From Microbotryum violaceum (Eukaryota): a DNA stretch of 64,000 bases. This document shows positions 34,331 through 47,715 of the stretch, in pieces. The position numbers and the translations under genes were made by a program. The notes beneath the pieces were generated by a model that saw nothing but the letters and a program-made list of their open reading frames with translations, ran no database searches and was not told the DNA's origin. Numbering within the stretch: the stretch's first letter is position 1; every line of letters starts with the position of its first letter. Where the stretch lies: positions 2,356,001 to 2,420,000 of the forward strand of contig CDLV01000005.1 in NCBI GenBank assembly GCA_001244265.2. The letters are read 5' to 3'.

Positions 34331-36665
34331 ATGTCGACGCCTTCCGAGTCCCCGGCGCCGATCGCGTCGCCGTCGGGAATGACGCCGTCGGGAATGACGC
34401 CGTCGGGAGTGCGAGTGCCCAAGCCCAAGCGGGATGCTCAGACCAGGGCTGTGGAGGGGATTCGGCAGTTCCTGGTCGGTTGGCGCAGGGCAGAGTTGTA
34501 GCTTGGACGTTTCTTTTACTGAGCTTGTGTGTGTTGTGTCTCGATACAGCAAAGCAAGAGTTGTTACGACATCCTGCCCGAGAGGTAGGTCGGCTCATTC
34601 AGGCCACTCGGCTGGTTCGTCGTACCGATCTACTGCTGTTACTGAACCTGATCTTCCGTCCCCTCTAGCTTTCGCTTGATCGTCTTTGACAACAAGCTGT
34701 CCATCACGAGGAGTCTGCAGGCTTTGGTCACCAATGGCAAGTCCAACTTGTCTTCGCCGTCGCTAATCGTCGTCATCGAGCACTCGCTAGCAGCGTGGCG
34801 CCTAGTTTCTGCTCGTCCGTGAACGGTGCTATCTCGGCTCAGGATCACAGCTCCCGGTGTTGTACGTTTTGCGTAGCGTGTGTAGCTGATCATGATGCCC
34901 CTGTTGATTCTCATCCCACAGGAGTGGTCTCGGCACCGCTATACGACTCGACGACCCAACGCTTCGCCGGCATGTTCACCCTCGCGGACGTCGTTCACCT
35001 GATACAGTACTACTACCTCACATCACACGAATATGATAATGTTGTTGCTGAAGTGGACGCGTTCCAGTTGGGCAGCTTGCGGAGTCAGTGATCGACGCCG
35101 GGACCGGATTCCTTATCTGCCGCCGAACGCTGACCGAGTGCACTCATTCGTCCTTCATCCCCACAGAGATCGAACAGGCCATCGATGTTCCACCGCCGCC
35201 GACAATATCGGTACACCCCGATCAGCCTTTATCGGATGCATGCGCTGCGCTCGTACGGACCCACGCTCGACGTCTGCCCCTCGTCGACCGCGATGACCAG
35301 ACGGGCAAGGAGACCATCGTCAGCGTCCTGACGCAGTATCGAGTACTCAAGTTCATCGCCATCAACGTGAGTTGGTTCCGTAAACTAACCCTGTCATCGC
35401 GCTGGTCGTGCTGACTTTTGCTTCGCTCGTCAGTGCCAACATGACTGCGCTCGAATGGAACAATCGATCGGCGCACTCGGGATTGGATCATACTGCTCGT
35501 GGTATCAACCGTCCTCCGCACTCTCTTCGGACGTATCGAGTGTACCTCCCCTCAGCCCAGCCCCATCCACAAGCGAGCTCATGTCCCCCATCGATGGCGT
35601 CTCGCTCCTACCATCCGACAAGGTCAAGAACCTGTCCTCCGCCCAACTCGACCGAGATAACGCTGAAGCAACAACACCACATGGTGATGATGCAGCCAAA
35701 ACGACAGCAGAAACACACCCTTCGTCAGGGTCAGGTGATGATGCCCTCGCGTCGAACGCCGAGTTTGGGGTGCGACCCACGGATCGGTATTTCCCGCTCT
35801 CGACGGCAACGCTCGAGACGAGTGTCTTTGACGTCGTGCACATCTTCTCCGAACGTGGTATTTCAGCCGTACCGATCATTGATGAGGATGGTATCGTGCT
35901 CAACATGTACGAGACGGTTGACATCGTAGTAAGTCTTAACATGCGCCAAGGTTGGCTTGTCGGGAGCTTTAGGGCACCTTTGGCTGACGCCGACTTTGTT
36001 TTTTTGCAGGACCTGGTGCGGCAGAATGCATACGAGGTGCTTGATTCGACGATTGAGGTCGCTTTGGACCAGCGATCTGCCGACTTTACGGGTGTGATGA
36101 CCTGCAGCCCACGGGATTCACTCGCCTCGATCCTCGCTTACATTCGCGAGCGGCGGTGCCATCGATTCGTCATCCTCGAACCGGATGGGGTTCCACCGCA
36201 AGGCGGTCGACCGGGAAGGAAAAAGGGTAGCTTGATCGGTATCTTGAGTCTGAGTGACGTGCTACGGTATCTGGTGGGGCAAGAGAATCTCAAGGGCATG
36301 GAGGTCCCCGGTCTCGGTAAGTCATCTCGGCACCCGCATTTCATTCGAATGCAGTGAATTAAAGCAACCTGCTAAACAAAGGCGCAATCACCTTGTTCGA
36401 ATTGCTAGGTCTTCATGGACTGCGAGGCGTCGGCAATGTGCCTCCGGGAGAAATTGATGTACTCGACGACGGGGTCTCGCTGCGGTCCAAACCATGCAGT
36501 CGGCGAGGATCGGGAGCAACGGATGCTGGCAGTTCGGGGATCCCTTCGGCGGCCGATACTATCGCGTCCCAGGTCGAACCAGGCCCCGCTGCGATTGCCG
36601 GAGCAAATCTAGGGCTCGAGGATGTGGCCGAGGACGAGGTGTTGAAAGCCGCGGCCGAGACATGA
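34331..36665 (+). CDS. SNF4: AMPK/SNF1 gamma subunit (CBS domains); multi-exon
   Basis: IRQFL..SCYDILPESFRLIVFDNKLSITRSLQALVTNGVVSAPLYDSTTQRFAGMFTLADVVHLIQYYY, HARRLPLVD, VSVLTQYRVLKFIAIN, ERGISAVPIIDEDGIVLNMYETVD, GILSLSDVLRYL. Confidence 0.92.
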
Positions 36666-37034
36666 ACGAGGGCCAGGTGTCAGGGGGTTGCGATCGCGCT
36701 GTGTTTAATACCCGTGTGTATCCGTTGTCTGTGTTTGCTCTGCATCTTTCTTTTGTTTGTACCCTGATTCCTGAACTCTCTTTCTCTGATGTGTCTCTAC
36801 AACTGTATCATCATCCCGCAATCGGAAATTTGCATGACTAGGCGAGGCCCCGAGACCACGCGATTCGCACGTGACGGCGCTCGATGATGGAGCGTGAATT
36901 TGAGACCCAGTCAGCAGGTTGACTCGGAGAGCGCGGCCCGAGGGAAGTGCGATCGCGCGATAGCTTCGCCGAACTCAATCTCGGCGCCTTTCGTCTTTCG
37001 CACGCCGACTCCCCCAACTGGACCCTCTTCATCC

Positions 37035-38352
37035 ATGCCACGTCGATTGGATTACGTGTACGGCGATAAGCCCGAGCTTTCCTCACCCACCACAGCCCGG
37101 GAAGTCGAAAATGTCTCGACCTTTTCGAGTGTGCCTTCATCGATTTCGACCGCTGCAGCTCAATTGCCGGAAATTGATGGTCTCAGTCGCACTATCGCGT
37201 CGGGTTCGACGAGCAGTGGCGTACGACCTACGGCACCGTATCGCGCACAACTTCCACAGCGGGACTATGATGGCTATGTGAGCCCTTTGATTGTGCTTTG
37301 GGCTGCCAGGAGTGGGATGCGCTATGCCTGGGGACGGCTTCGTCGCGTTTGCGCTGCGCCAGCGTATCACGTCATTGGCTATCTTGCAGCGGAGAGGGCC
37401 AGCTGGCTCGTCGGCATTCGGCATTGTCAAAGGTTGCTACATGGGGCTGCATCACGTACTTCAGCCGCCTAGCCTAGCTGTGTGGTGCCTAGCCTAGTGT
37501 GAAGTGGGCACTGTTCGATCGTTTCGGCTGACACCCCTCTTCGCTCTCTCAGACCCCGTCCATTTCGCCGGCCAATGTCAGCTTGCTACACGAACGCGTG
37601 AGTCTCAGAGCTCAGGCGCTCAGGGGCCACCAACGACATTTCCGACTATGAATCAGAACGAACTCAAACTTGAAGGCCCACTTTTCCTCGGGGTCTTGTA
37701 TAGGTTCCCATCAACTGACTATGCCTTCTTCCGTATTCCACTTCCATCTATCTTGCACTCCCTGGTGCTCACACAGCTACAAATCCTAACGGCGTCACAA
37801 CGTCTGGCCATCACTTTTCGCCCGCCGAGGGGTTCGTCCGAACGCGATGATCCAGGAGACTCTCCCTCGATCACCCCTCGTCCCTCGGCTAGTCCGCCAG
37901 CGACCACTTCTCAGGTCGCTTCGTTGAGGCTACAAGAATTGGCGAGGAGTTTACAAGTCCAGGCTGCGACGGAGAGGGAGCGGGTCGCTGAACAATTGAG
38001 GACGAGCACCGCCACTTTTGTGGGATGGGTTGGAACAACGAGTTTTTCGACTGGACCCCCTGGATCACCTTTGGTTGTGCGCCAGCGATATTCACGGGGG
38101 AGAAATAATGAAAGTACAGTCGACTATGCACCAGAAGAGGACGAAAGTGGATCCAGCCAGGATGAGGATGACGACGAGGAGGATCATGGATTGGACGGCG
38201 ACGTTATCACATTCGCGGATGGGAACGTCCCGTCTGAGGAAGTGTTACGAATGTGGTACGATACAAGGCGGTTGGTAATGGGGCATGTCGATGCGGATGG
38301 GGTCAAGCAGACGAAAAGGACATGGCATCGCGGAACACTTGAAGGACGATAG
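37035..38352 (+). CDS. Hypothetical protein (~2 exons) with an acidic stretch
   Basis: MPRRLDYVYGDKP...YDGY|gtgagc, then the 37504-38352 ORF (LFLGVLYRFPSTDYAFFRIPLP...WYDTRRLVMGHVD); no recognised domain. Confidence 0.55.
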
Positions 38353-38903
38353 AGATTGCAGCATCGGATTCTCGCGGAGTGCATAATATTTGGATCTCGA
38401 TCAGCGATGTTATTTGTACGGACCTAGGGGGAACTTATACAACTCTCTGTCTTATTTGTATTTATTCATGTGTTGTGCTTGGATTATGACGTAATACTTG
38501 GAATGTTAGAAAAGAAGAGCTGTTAGAGAGATGATGGCTGACTGTCGAGATCTTTCAAGTCTCAGTTGGGCTCGAATCCTCGAGTCGGTGAGTTTATTGA
38601 GCGCTGAGTTATAGGCGGAACGTCCAAGCGCGCTCGATTACAATTGTACAAAGTCAAAAATTCGGAAAAAAGAGAAACTCCAGATCAGATCTTCTATGTC
38701 ACAAAGAGGCAAGTGCCGGGAAGAGAGCTGGATCGAAATTGGATCCGGTTTTTTGAGAACCCAGAAATTCGACCCAAAGCCCGGAATCACCACTATTGCC
38801 ACTGATTGTCCTTCTTGTCATCGTGGTCGTAGCCGTCGGCGTCCTTCTCGTCGTGCTTGTCGCAATCTCCACCTTTGTGACCGTCGTCCTGGCTAAAATG
38901 TAG

Positions 38904-40343
38904 TCACCATCCGCTTTTAGGGTTGCCCCCGCTGCTAAAGTCTTTCTTTTCGTCATGGCATTTCTCATCCTTTTTGCCATGGATTTTGCTGGCCTTGCCG
39001 TCGTGACCGTCTTTGCCATCGTGTTCATCCTTGTCATCGAGCTTGCCATCCTTTCCATCCTTGGCACGACCCTTACCTCCGTCCTTGCCACCAACGTTCT
39101 TGACCCCGCCGTGGCCACCTTCCTTCTCGCCGTCCTCGTCCTTCTTGCCAGCAAAGCCCTTGCCGTCTCCCTTCAAGTTGCCACCACCGTGCGAGTTCTA
39201 CAGATGTCACCAGCAAGGGGCATGGAATCAGTGTCACAAGAAAAATTAGGAGTGAGGCAGAAATTTTAACAAGTGCTGACCTGGTGACCGTCGATGTGAT
39301 AGGATTGCTTGGGCTAGGATCAGGAAGAAGGAACGAGGAATTTACGGAGATGTCAACCTAGTGTCCACGCCTTCTTGGGAAGCCTGGACAAGAAAGTACC
39401 CCAAGTATTCGAAACAGGCTAGCGGGAACCGACCTTGAAATACTCCTTGACCTCTTCGAATACTTTTTCGCAGTACTTCTGTGGGGCGTGAAAGCGAACG
39501 CACGAAGAGGTCCGAGTTAGATAGGGGGTCTCGCTAGTCAGGTTGGATGGGGATCGGGAAAGAAACGAAACCTTGGTCTCCTCGTTCTTCCTATTTTCTT
39601 CCTCTCGGGCACGCTTGAACGCCTCGTAATTCTTCTTGTGCTCCTCGTATCTGGTCTGAACGGTGGAAAGGCGCACCGGGTGGACGTTGGGTCAGTGAAC
39701 GGAAAACTACTCGAGAGGACGTGGGCTTGCGGCGGTGAGAACTGACCGTCTCGAGATTGTACTGCTTCAACAAGGCGTTGTACTTTTTCTTCTCCTCCTC
39801 GAATGAGTTCTATCCGCGAAGATATAATCAAAGAAAGTCAGGGTCAGAATCGAACTCGAGTACCCGACAACCCGGAGGACGCGAGGACAAAAGAGGGAAG
39901 GCCGAACCTTGACCGACGTGTAATGCCAGGTGTGCTTCTTAAAGTCGTAGTCTTGCTTCTTGCACTCGGCTTCCTTCTTGTCCTGTTCGGCTTTTTTCTT
40001 GACGTAGTAAGCATCCGCGTACGAACACTGGGATGGAGTGGGCAAGACATTCAAAATCCCGCAGAAGCAGAGTCAGCAGCCATTCGAAAGAGAGGAGTGA
40101 TTCCAGAACAGGAAGCAGAAATAATTGGACCACGACACTGACCTTGTACTGCTCGTAGTCCTGGCACCCGTACTTTGGCTTGTACTCGTCCAAGTGATCA
40201 AAGTAGTAGTGGAAGCACTTGCTGTCGGGACCGTACTTGGGCGAGACATTGTGGACAGAAGAAGGACCACCGGGGGTGGGAGCAGCGTGAGAGAGGGCAA
40301 GAAGAGCTGAGGCGGAGAGAACGGTGAAGAAGTGGATATGCAT
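38904..40343 (-). CDS. Secreted protein (7 exons), paralogue of 5292-6356, with a Gly/Lys/Asp/His-rich C-terminal tail
   Basis: Signal peptide MHIHFFTVLSASALLALSHAAP. Exons: CFHYYFDHLDEYKPKYGCQDYEQYK | CSYADAYYVKKK...TSVK | NSFEEEKKKYNALLKQYNLET | TRYEEHKK...EETK | KYCEKVFEEVKEYFK | PKQSYHIDGHQ | NSHGGGNLKGDGK...KSGW*. Confidence 0.75.
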
Positions 40344-41054
40344 GGTGATAGGGATGTGGGATGAGTGGGCTGTGGAGTCGGAAGTGTCAAATGAGGGATG
40401 TGATGGACAGGAAGGAGAAAGGGAACGACGATGAACGGCCAATTTTATAGCCTGGCACGTCGCCCCCAGAAAGCTCCCGAGACGGACTTGCACACCGGAC
40501 ATGCACATCCACAAGAAACATCGAACATCACCATCTGAGCACCGAATGATCGAATCCGCAGTGTCCTCTTCTCGTATCCTTCCCTTCCGATCCGTGTCTC
40601 CGAGCATAGAACAAGGTTGCCCCCGGCGGCTCGCAGAAGTCCTCAGAAGTTTAGAAGGCTTCCTCCGCTCCAATGGGGAAACCCTCTCCGGTGCGACCTC
40701 GGAAACACTCGGGTATCAAACAAGGACCTTCTGGACTTCTTCTGGTGCAGGAAAGGTTCGTTTCCAGTGAACATGTGACTCAGCCTAGAAGCCAAAGCGT
40801 AGTATGCCCATTCGATCTGACGGACCGTTCCGATCCGAGTAGCCCCTGGAACACCGAAGAATCCCGATGAGCGGCTTGGGCACTTGTGCAGCGAATCTTG
40901 CCGAGCCCGAATTGCGCGAGACAAGCACAAGTAAATACAGCATGGAAGATGGTTGCGAGCGAAGAAGTATATGGCCATTACAACTACCACGAACAAACGG
41001 AGCTATCACAGCATTTTTCGGCGAGTTTGCCACCGCCGTCCTCGTCGAAGTCGT

Positions 41055-42338
41055 CTACCACCCAGAAGCGGTGGCATCGGCAGTGGCGGCAGCAGGAGCA
41101 GCGGGCTCGGCGGCCCAGTCGGTCGTGGTGTCGGCACCCCAATTATCTGTTGCGGGCCAATTGTTTGGGTCCCAACGCAGGTTAGTTCACATCTCGGAAG
41201 TAGGGCAGGCGGAACGGAAAAGGGGACATGATATCTCATCGAGTACGAACCGGCATCGGTTGAAGGAAGGTTGGCAGCGGCAGCCACTCCTGAACTGACT
41301 CCCTCGACGCCCCATTCGGCTTCGGCGGGAGCAGCGGTTTCGGTCGCCTCGAGGGCCTCGGCCTTGGTCGCCTCCTGGTCCCGCTCAACTTCCTCGGGGT
41401 CACGGTACTGGAAGCGAGGAAGAGGTCGAATAAGCCGCTGGACAATGGTCGATGAAAGAGCCTACCGTGAACTGACCAGGAACAAATCAACCATGACGGG
41501 CCACGCGTCAGGAGCGCGCGAGATGGTGCCTCGGAGGCGGAGGACCTCACGGGCGAGCATCCACCAGATGAGACCGATCGAGTTCTTGGACTTGTTATTG
41601 GCCGGGATGGCGACGTCGACGAAGGAAAGGGGGGAGTCAGTGTCGCAGAGGGCGATGACGGGGATGTTGACGTAGGACGCCTCTCGGATCGCTTGGTGGT
41701 CGACGCGGGGGTCGGTGACGATGATTAAGCAGGGTTCCTTGAACGAACGGGTGATGTAGTTGGTGCTGCACGCGAATAGACTGTCAATATCTGCAAGACC
41801 AACACCTTGCAAGGCCTTCGTGAGGTCAACTCACAAGTTACCGGGGGTGAAACGACCGGCGATAGCTTGAGCGCCGGTGTTGGCGGCGAACTTGAGCACG
41901 GCGCGGTGGCCGTAAGGGCGAGCCGAGATGACGCAGATATCGTTGGGGTTCTCGATGGCAGCGATAACTGAGGAGAGTGGGAAGTGACGAAGTCAGGATC
42001 GTGCACCTCGAGCCACGTGCGGACCACGTGGGCCAAGAGAGCCAACTGACTTCGGGCAGCAAAGACGAGCTTCTCCCAAGTCTTGCCGAGGTTGATAATG
42101 TTGATACCGTCGGCTCGTCGCTTGAAAACGTAAGGGACCATCTTCTTCTCGACGCTCTTGGCACTATGCAGCAGAGGAACCGGAGAGCAAGCCCGGAAGC
42201 ACGGTCAGCGGCAGCGTCGATACCGACGACGATGCAAGTTCAAAAAACTGACCCAATGTGGGCCTGAGCGGTCAAGAGGAGACTAATGTCCTCCTCGGTG
42301 GCTTGAAGAGCAGCGGGCAGTCGGGATGCGGGGGCCAT
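41055..42338 (-). CDS. RPS0: 40S ribosomal protein uS2 (S0/SA); multi-exon
   Basis: [118 protein letters not shown]. Confidence 0.97.
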
Positions 42339-43773
42339 GTTGGACGGTGAGCGGGGTGAGAAGACGCGTAAAAAGGGTCTAGGGGGAGCTGTGGGCGTGC
42401 AGGTCGTGTCAGCGGGTGGCCTCGAGTGCAATTGGAACAAAATGGGTCGTAACAACACGATAAACGCGGTCTCGGGACTGGAGTGGGATGCGGTAGCTGT
42501 GGAGGCAGATGGGCGTTTGACTTTTTTTCCTCGCACGCCTGCCCGCCTACTCCTCGCCTGCCGTCATCCGTGGCACCGCATACACTTCATCGGAAGTGGT
42601 CGAGTAATCATAGCGGTTAGAGACTCACGGAATGTGCCGGTGTAGTAGAGTGTGGATGGGGAGCGGGGTGTGGTCTGGATGGGCGGGCAAGAGCGGAGTG
42701 TGGCTAGGCCTCGAAGTGGCCTCGACGCCTCCGCCTGTCTCGGCGTCAAAACGCGCGGCAGTAAAAGACAGGAGGAGGCGGGATTTTGACACAGTTTTGG
42801 CCCAAGCTTCGGTCAACGTGCGGGCAAAATGGGCGCTGCGAGCGGGATCATTCTGCTCAAACGGTTCTGCAGGGCGTGCAACGACCTTAATCGACGTCAA
42901 CAAGCAGCAATCGTATTAATCAGTAATAGGAACCCGATTGCACCCATACTTTAAGCTGTAAGACCTCTACCAACCCTGGAAAAAAATGGCGCACTCTGTG
43001 TGGGGTTGGTTCAGATCGCCGATTCGCTTGGCAGCCCCCACATTCAGGCGCAGTGACCGTCGCCCCTCCGTCTCAATGCCGACGTCCTTGATTGAGACTG
43101 CACCACCGATCGCTGGGACGTTTTGGACCACACAGATGTACGTCTTTGCGCATCAAAGGGCAAGATGATGTCCATAGAACGGATTATCCCTCCTTTTCCA
43201 CGCCATCCTCTATTTGAAGCGAACTTCTTCCGGATGCTGGTGGGTCATCTCCGAAGCTGGTTGCTTCTTGTTCTCTCTCCTCCACTTCGTTCCGATCCGA
43301 CATGTCCTTGAGGCTTTTCAGTACCGTCTAACAGCCTCGAATTTCAAAGGTTTGATTGGCTTGGCCCCTAGGCATGTGGTAAACCCTCGCTCTGCTCGTT
43401 ACATGATGCCACCACCACACAACGAATCAATGCCCAACTCACCCAACCCCCACATCTCCGGGATCACTTGACGCGCGATCTTGTGGCTGCTCAGACATGG
43501 TACCGCCCCGGACCGGGTCCTCAAATTTGATGGCTCGGTGTGAGCTCTATAAATGGCTCAGAGGAGGGGCACGAAGATCGGGACAAACCGCAAACGAAGC
43601 TGACGAATGAGCCGCTTGTGCCCGGTCGCCAGCGATCGCCCGCCGTTCGAAACGTCCGTCGAGGTTGGAGGGATGTTCGCATCTCATCCCTGTTCCCCCT
43701 CCCTCCCCCACACCTTACTCGTCCTCTGCCCACCCCTTCCGCTTATCCGTTTCATTCCCACACTAAGATCATC

Positions 43774-44792
43774 ATGAAGTTCTCCCTTGCCGTGCTCGCG
43801 CTCGTTCCCCTTGTTGCTGCCCACTTTACTCTCGACTACCCTGCCACCCGTGGCTTTGACGAGGATCTCGAGCCCCGTGCGTACGATCCAAACCTCGATT
43901 CCTGCTCCTCAACTTGCTCATGATAAACTCGACTTGTCTGTGCACCTCGGTGACCCGCCCATCCAGGCTTTTGCGGTGGATTTCCCAATCCGTCGAGTGA
44001 ACGCGCGCCGTTCCCCCTCTCAGGCCCCGGGTCAATCTTGATTGACTCGCACCACCCGACCGCTCAAGTCGCCATCATCGCCGCCGTCGGCTACACCAAC
44101 GTCACCTCGTTCGCGAATTTCAACAAGACCGCTTCGGGTCAGCCGACGGGGATGCTCATGCCCTTTGGAACGATCCAGGGTCAAGGAGAGGTGAGTTATT
44201 CAAGAATTTCTGCCTGAGCAGGGCAGAAAAAAGGGTGGTGTGCCGAGTAACCGAGATGGTACCCCCCCCTTTGGGTCGCGCCGGTCTACCAGTCCTTACT
44301 CGGCTACGTCCCCACGCTCGGAATCTGATCCACCCAATCTCATTCCTCACACAGTGGTGCTTCAACATCGACTTTTCTACCCTCGGTGCTACCAACATCA
44401 CCGACGGAACCCCTGCCACCATCCAGTACGTCCTCCTCGAACGTACCCAAAAAAAAAAAAAAAAAAAAAAAAAAAACAGTAAAGCTGATCCCTGCAAAAC
44501 CCCCCCTCCACCCACCAGAGTCGAATTCAACGGCGGCGACGGCCTCCTTCTGCAATGCGCTGACGTGATCCTCGTTAACAACTACGTCGCCCCTTCCAAC
44601 CTCACATGCCGCAACGCCACTTCCGCTTCAACCAGCACCACCAACGCTTCGACGACGACGACGACGACGGCATCGGGCACGACCAATACACCTGCCGCTA
44701 CGACGACGGGGGCCAAGAGTGCGGCTGGAAAGCACGTGGTTGGAGGTTTGGTAGGCTCACTTTCGATCGTGGCTTTGGCGCTGCTCGTTTGA
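43774..44792 (+). CDS. BIM1: BIM1-like (X325, LPMO-fold) GPI-anchored copper-binding protein (4 exons)
   Basis: Signal peptide followed directly by His1: HFTLDYPATRGFDEDLEPRFCGGF; IDSHHP; WCFNIDF; GTPATIQ.EFNGGDGLLLQCADVIL; Thr-rich stalk; hydrophobic GPI signal. Confidence 0.85.
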
Positions 44793-45141
44793 GTGTAGTA
44801 GAGCTTTCCCAACCCCCCGGTCTACCAAATTCTTCGATGACTGCTTCAGCTTCATCTTAATGCTCTCCGTCTCCGTCTCCGTCTATCCCACCCTCCATAT
44901 GTTCGGAACCGTATCTATAAGTTGCTTGGAATCACAGTTCACACGAGTCTCAAAAAGTACAGTAGATCTTGGATTGCGACATGCTTTACACCAAGGATTG
45001 CAGCTGATTGCAGTTACGACGACGAAGAGGAAAGATAACTAACCACATGCAGCGGGGAGGATCGGGAAAGCTAGTATACAGAAAGGATCATAACGAGCGC
45101 CCCAAGACGAGGGCCCATGCGCGACAACCCTTTTAGTATAT

Positions 45142-47562
45142 CTATACTCCGTACGCCTCGACGTGTAAGTCTATGCCACCCAGCTTGATTTGTTTGGCGA
45201 GAGGGATCCGAGAGAGCGTTTGTCGGGTTTCGACCTGTTGGAAGAGAAGTTCGATCCAAGTCAGGAGATGCTTTCCGATGGAGACGAGATAAAAGCGACT
45301 TACAATCATCGAAGCAGGACCACAAACAATAATCTTGTAGCCTCCTTGTCGGACCTTGATAGGGCCTTCAACAACGCGCGTCTGAACCTTGGCCGAACCG
45401 GCACCAGCACCGGCGCCACAGCATCCCGGCGATCCGTTCGAGTTGGAGCAACAAGACCCTTGATCCCGTTTGACCACCTTCTCTTCCTGCATTTCCCCAT
45501 TCTCCTTCGAACCGGAACCGACTCGATAACACCAGCTCTTCTTCCCCTTCTCCGTTCCACACCCCTCTCTATCCAACTCAACAATCAACTCCCTCAGATT
45601 CGCTGACCCAACACATTCCTCGTCATCATTTCCGCACAAGCCATCCTGTCTCAGATCGGCACATCGACAAATAGGATAACAACGTCGACAAGGGGTTAGA
45701 GTTGCGTCGATGGAGGATTGGATAAGGGTAGGGAGGTTGGGTCTGGCGTTGATGACTTTCTGGAAAGGGGTTTCAGAGTCAAGGCTTTCGACAGCGAAGG
45801 GTGCTGTGACGTAGATTTGAAGATCGACGACGAGATCCAGACCCGATGTCGAAGCAGCCTCGATCAAAGCTTGCAAAGGTAGACGGAACCACTCAACGTG
45901 TTCGAAACGATGCACGACCCAAACCACCTCGATCCGACCCCCTTGACGAGTCCTAATTCTATTCCCGATCACTTCGTCCAATAATCCCAAGATGAAACTC
46001 ATCCCACTTCCACCAGCGAGGAAAAGCAGGGTTTCTTGCTTCAGCGGGTCGAAGGCGTCTAGTCCACCGTAAGGGCCTTCGATCAAGGCGAGGAGGTTGA
46101 GTTTCTTGCCCAAGTGACGCGGGTTGGCTTGGCTGATTTGTTGAGCCTGGAGGGCCGTTTGGTAGAGGTCTTCAGTCCAGGTCGTGGGTCCACATGATCG
46201 AAGGTAGAGGTCGATCCCACCCAATGTCGAAAAGGATTGTAAGACCGTCGTCGAGGCTGATGCATTGGCGATGGAGAAAGGATGTTGTTCCAAGCTCCTG
46301 AAACAACTCCAGAACGACCTCCCATGGGCAGTGAAGAACATCCTTAACTGCACGTGTTGACCACCTCGCCAACCATCGTGGGCGAAAGGTATGTGAATTT
46401 TGGTCATGCCTTCTCCGAGGGGTTCGACAGTGACGTGTTTGACCCTCATGGTGAGGATGCGCGCAAAGATGTCGATGGCGTAAATGAGACCGATGGACCA
46501 GGTCGCCCATGCGCGCGCATAGATGGTGTGCATATTGACGAAGGTGAGGAACCCGATGATGCCGAGGTAGTGGAGGCAGAAAAAGAGTGGGTACGAGTAA
46601 CGACGCAAAGGACCGGCCGAGGACCCGGCGATCAAGAGGAGGAAAGAGAGGGCGCCTATTCCGCGTCGTTGTTTGCTTCCCGAGAGGAACTCGGCCGTTC
46701 CCGAGGGGGCGTACTGTGGGTGGTGAGCAGTCAGGAAGGTTGTCTCAACGAGGTGAGTGGGGTCGAGCTGACTCACCTGAATGGTCCAAAAGTAGAAATG
46801 AAGTAGAACGAGCAAGACGATCGTCCTCGCGAGCCAGCGATGGAGAAAGTTGACCGTGGTCCAGCTCTTACCCACGAGCCAACTCGCGGCGCCGTTCTTG
46901 GACGAGAGGAGGAACAAAGGTGGCAAACCGGCGAGGGCGAGGAAGCCAAATCGATTGGGGTTCTCTCGTAATTGTGACTCGGGAAAGAGTGTGACGAGGT
47001 AGAAGAGAGGGATGAGGAGCACGAGCACGAGTTTGCCGAACGGAAAGGCAAAGCGGGGGAAACGTTTTGCGAGCGGTGCGCCGAGGGAAAAGCGAGAGAC
47101 GGTGCCGTAAAGGGAGGAAAGGACGGCAACGGGGCCGTGGAGGAATGATCTAGAGGGCTTTCTGGGTGTGGGTTGATTTGATTCTTGCTCGGCTGCACGA
47201 TCATCTATGGGTTGGTACGCCGCCGAGGAAGGACGCTCCGAGATGCCGAGCACGAGACCCGTCCACGACCGGCGCCATCGGCCCATCCGCAGCGATTCGA
47301 TGACAGACGGCAGCGTCAGCAGCGTGGCGAGGGCGAGCGTTGCAGTCCATGCTACGGTGAAGTAGCGTTGGTACTCTGGGTCGGTCACGTAACTGTTGTA
47401 AACTGTATAGTGAAAAAGTGAGAGAGGCGCGCAGACAAGCCAGGTCAGTTGCGATCACGTGGTGTGGCTCTTGAGCCTGCGTGGGCCAGCTGAGCACTTA
47501 CCTGTGAAACCACCACAGGGCACGGGAGCGCCCGATGTGGGATCATAACACACGCTGCTCAT
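45142..47562 (-). CDS. Ferric/cupric reductase (FRE family, NOX-like)
   Basis: First exon MSSVCYDPTSGAPVPCGGFT spliced to VYNSYVTDPEYQR. Motifs: NPNRFGFLALA, NFLHRWLAR...LLHF, FFCLHYLG...NMHT (heme His residues), GQHVQLR, QHPFSIA (FAD), IEGPYGG, LAGGSGMSF (NADPH), VCGPASM, LHVEAYGV. Confidence 0.93.
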
Positions 47563-47715
47563 CGTTGCCCGTTCCGGTGTAGGTGGGTTATGGAGTCGCG
47601 CAGCTCAGGCCGAGCGCTCCAGCTCCAGCGCGAGCTTCGGAGACAACCGTGCACAATTGGCGCAAGTTGGGCGCACCACACCGATCGACGGACCAACCCA
47701 CGAACGCGGATGACG

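Noticed and set aside
34367-34408. 15-bp tandem repeat (PSGMT units) in the SNF4 N-terminus
   Set aside because: In-frame low-complexity expansion in a disordered tail; ordinary.
44449-44476. Poly-A run read as poly-Lys in the ORF track
   Set aside because: It lies inside a predicted intron of the BIM1-like gene (gtacgt...accag), so it is not coding.
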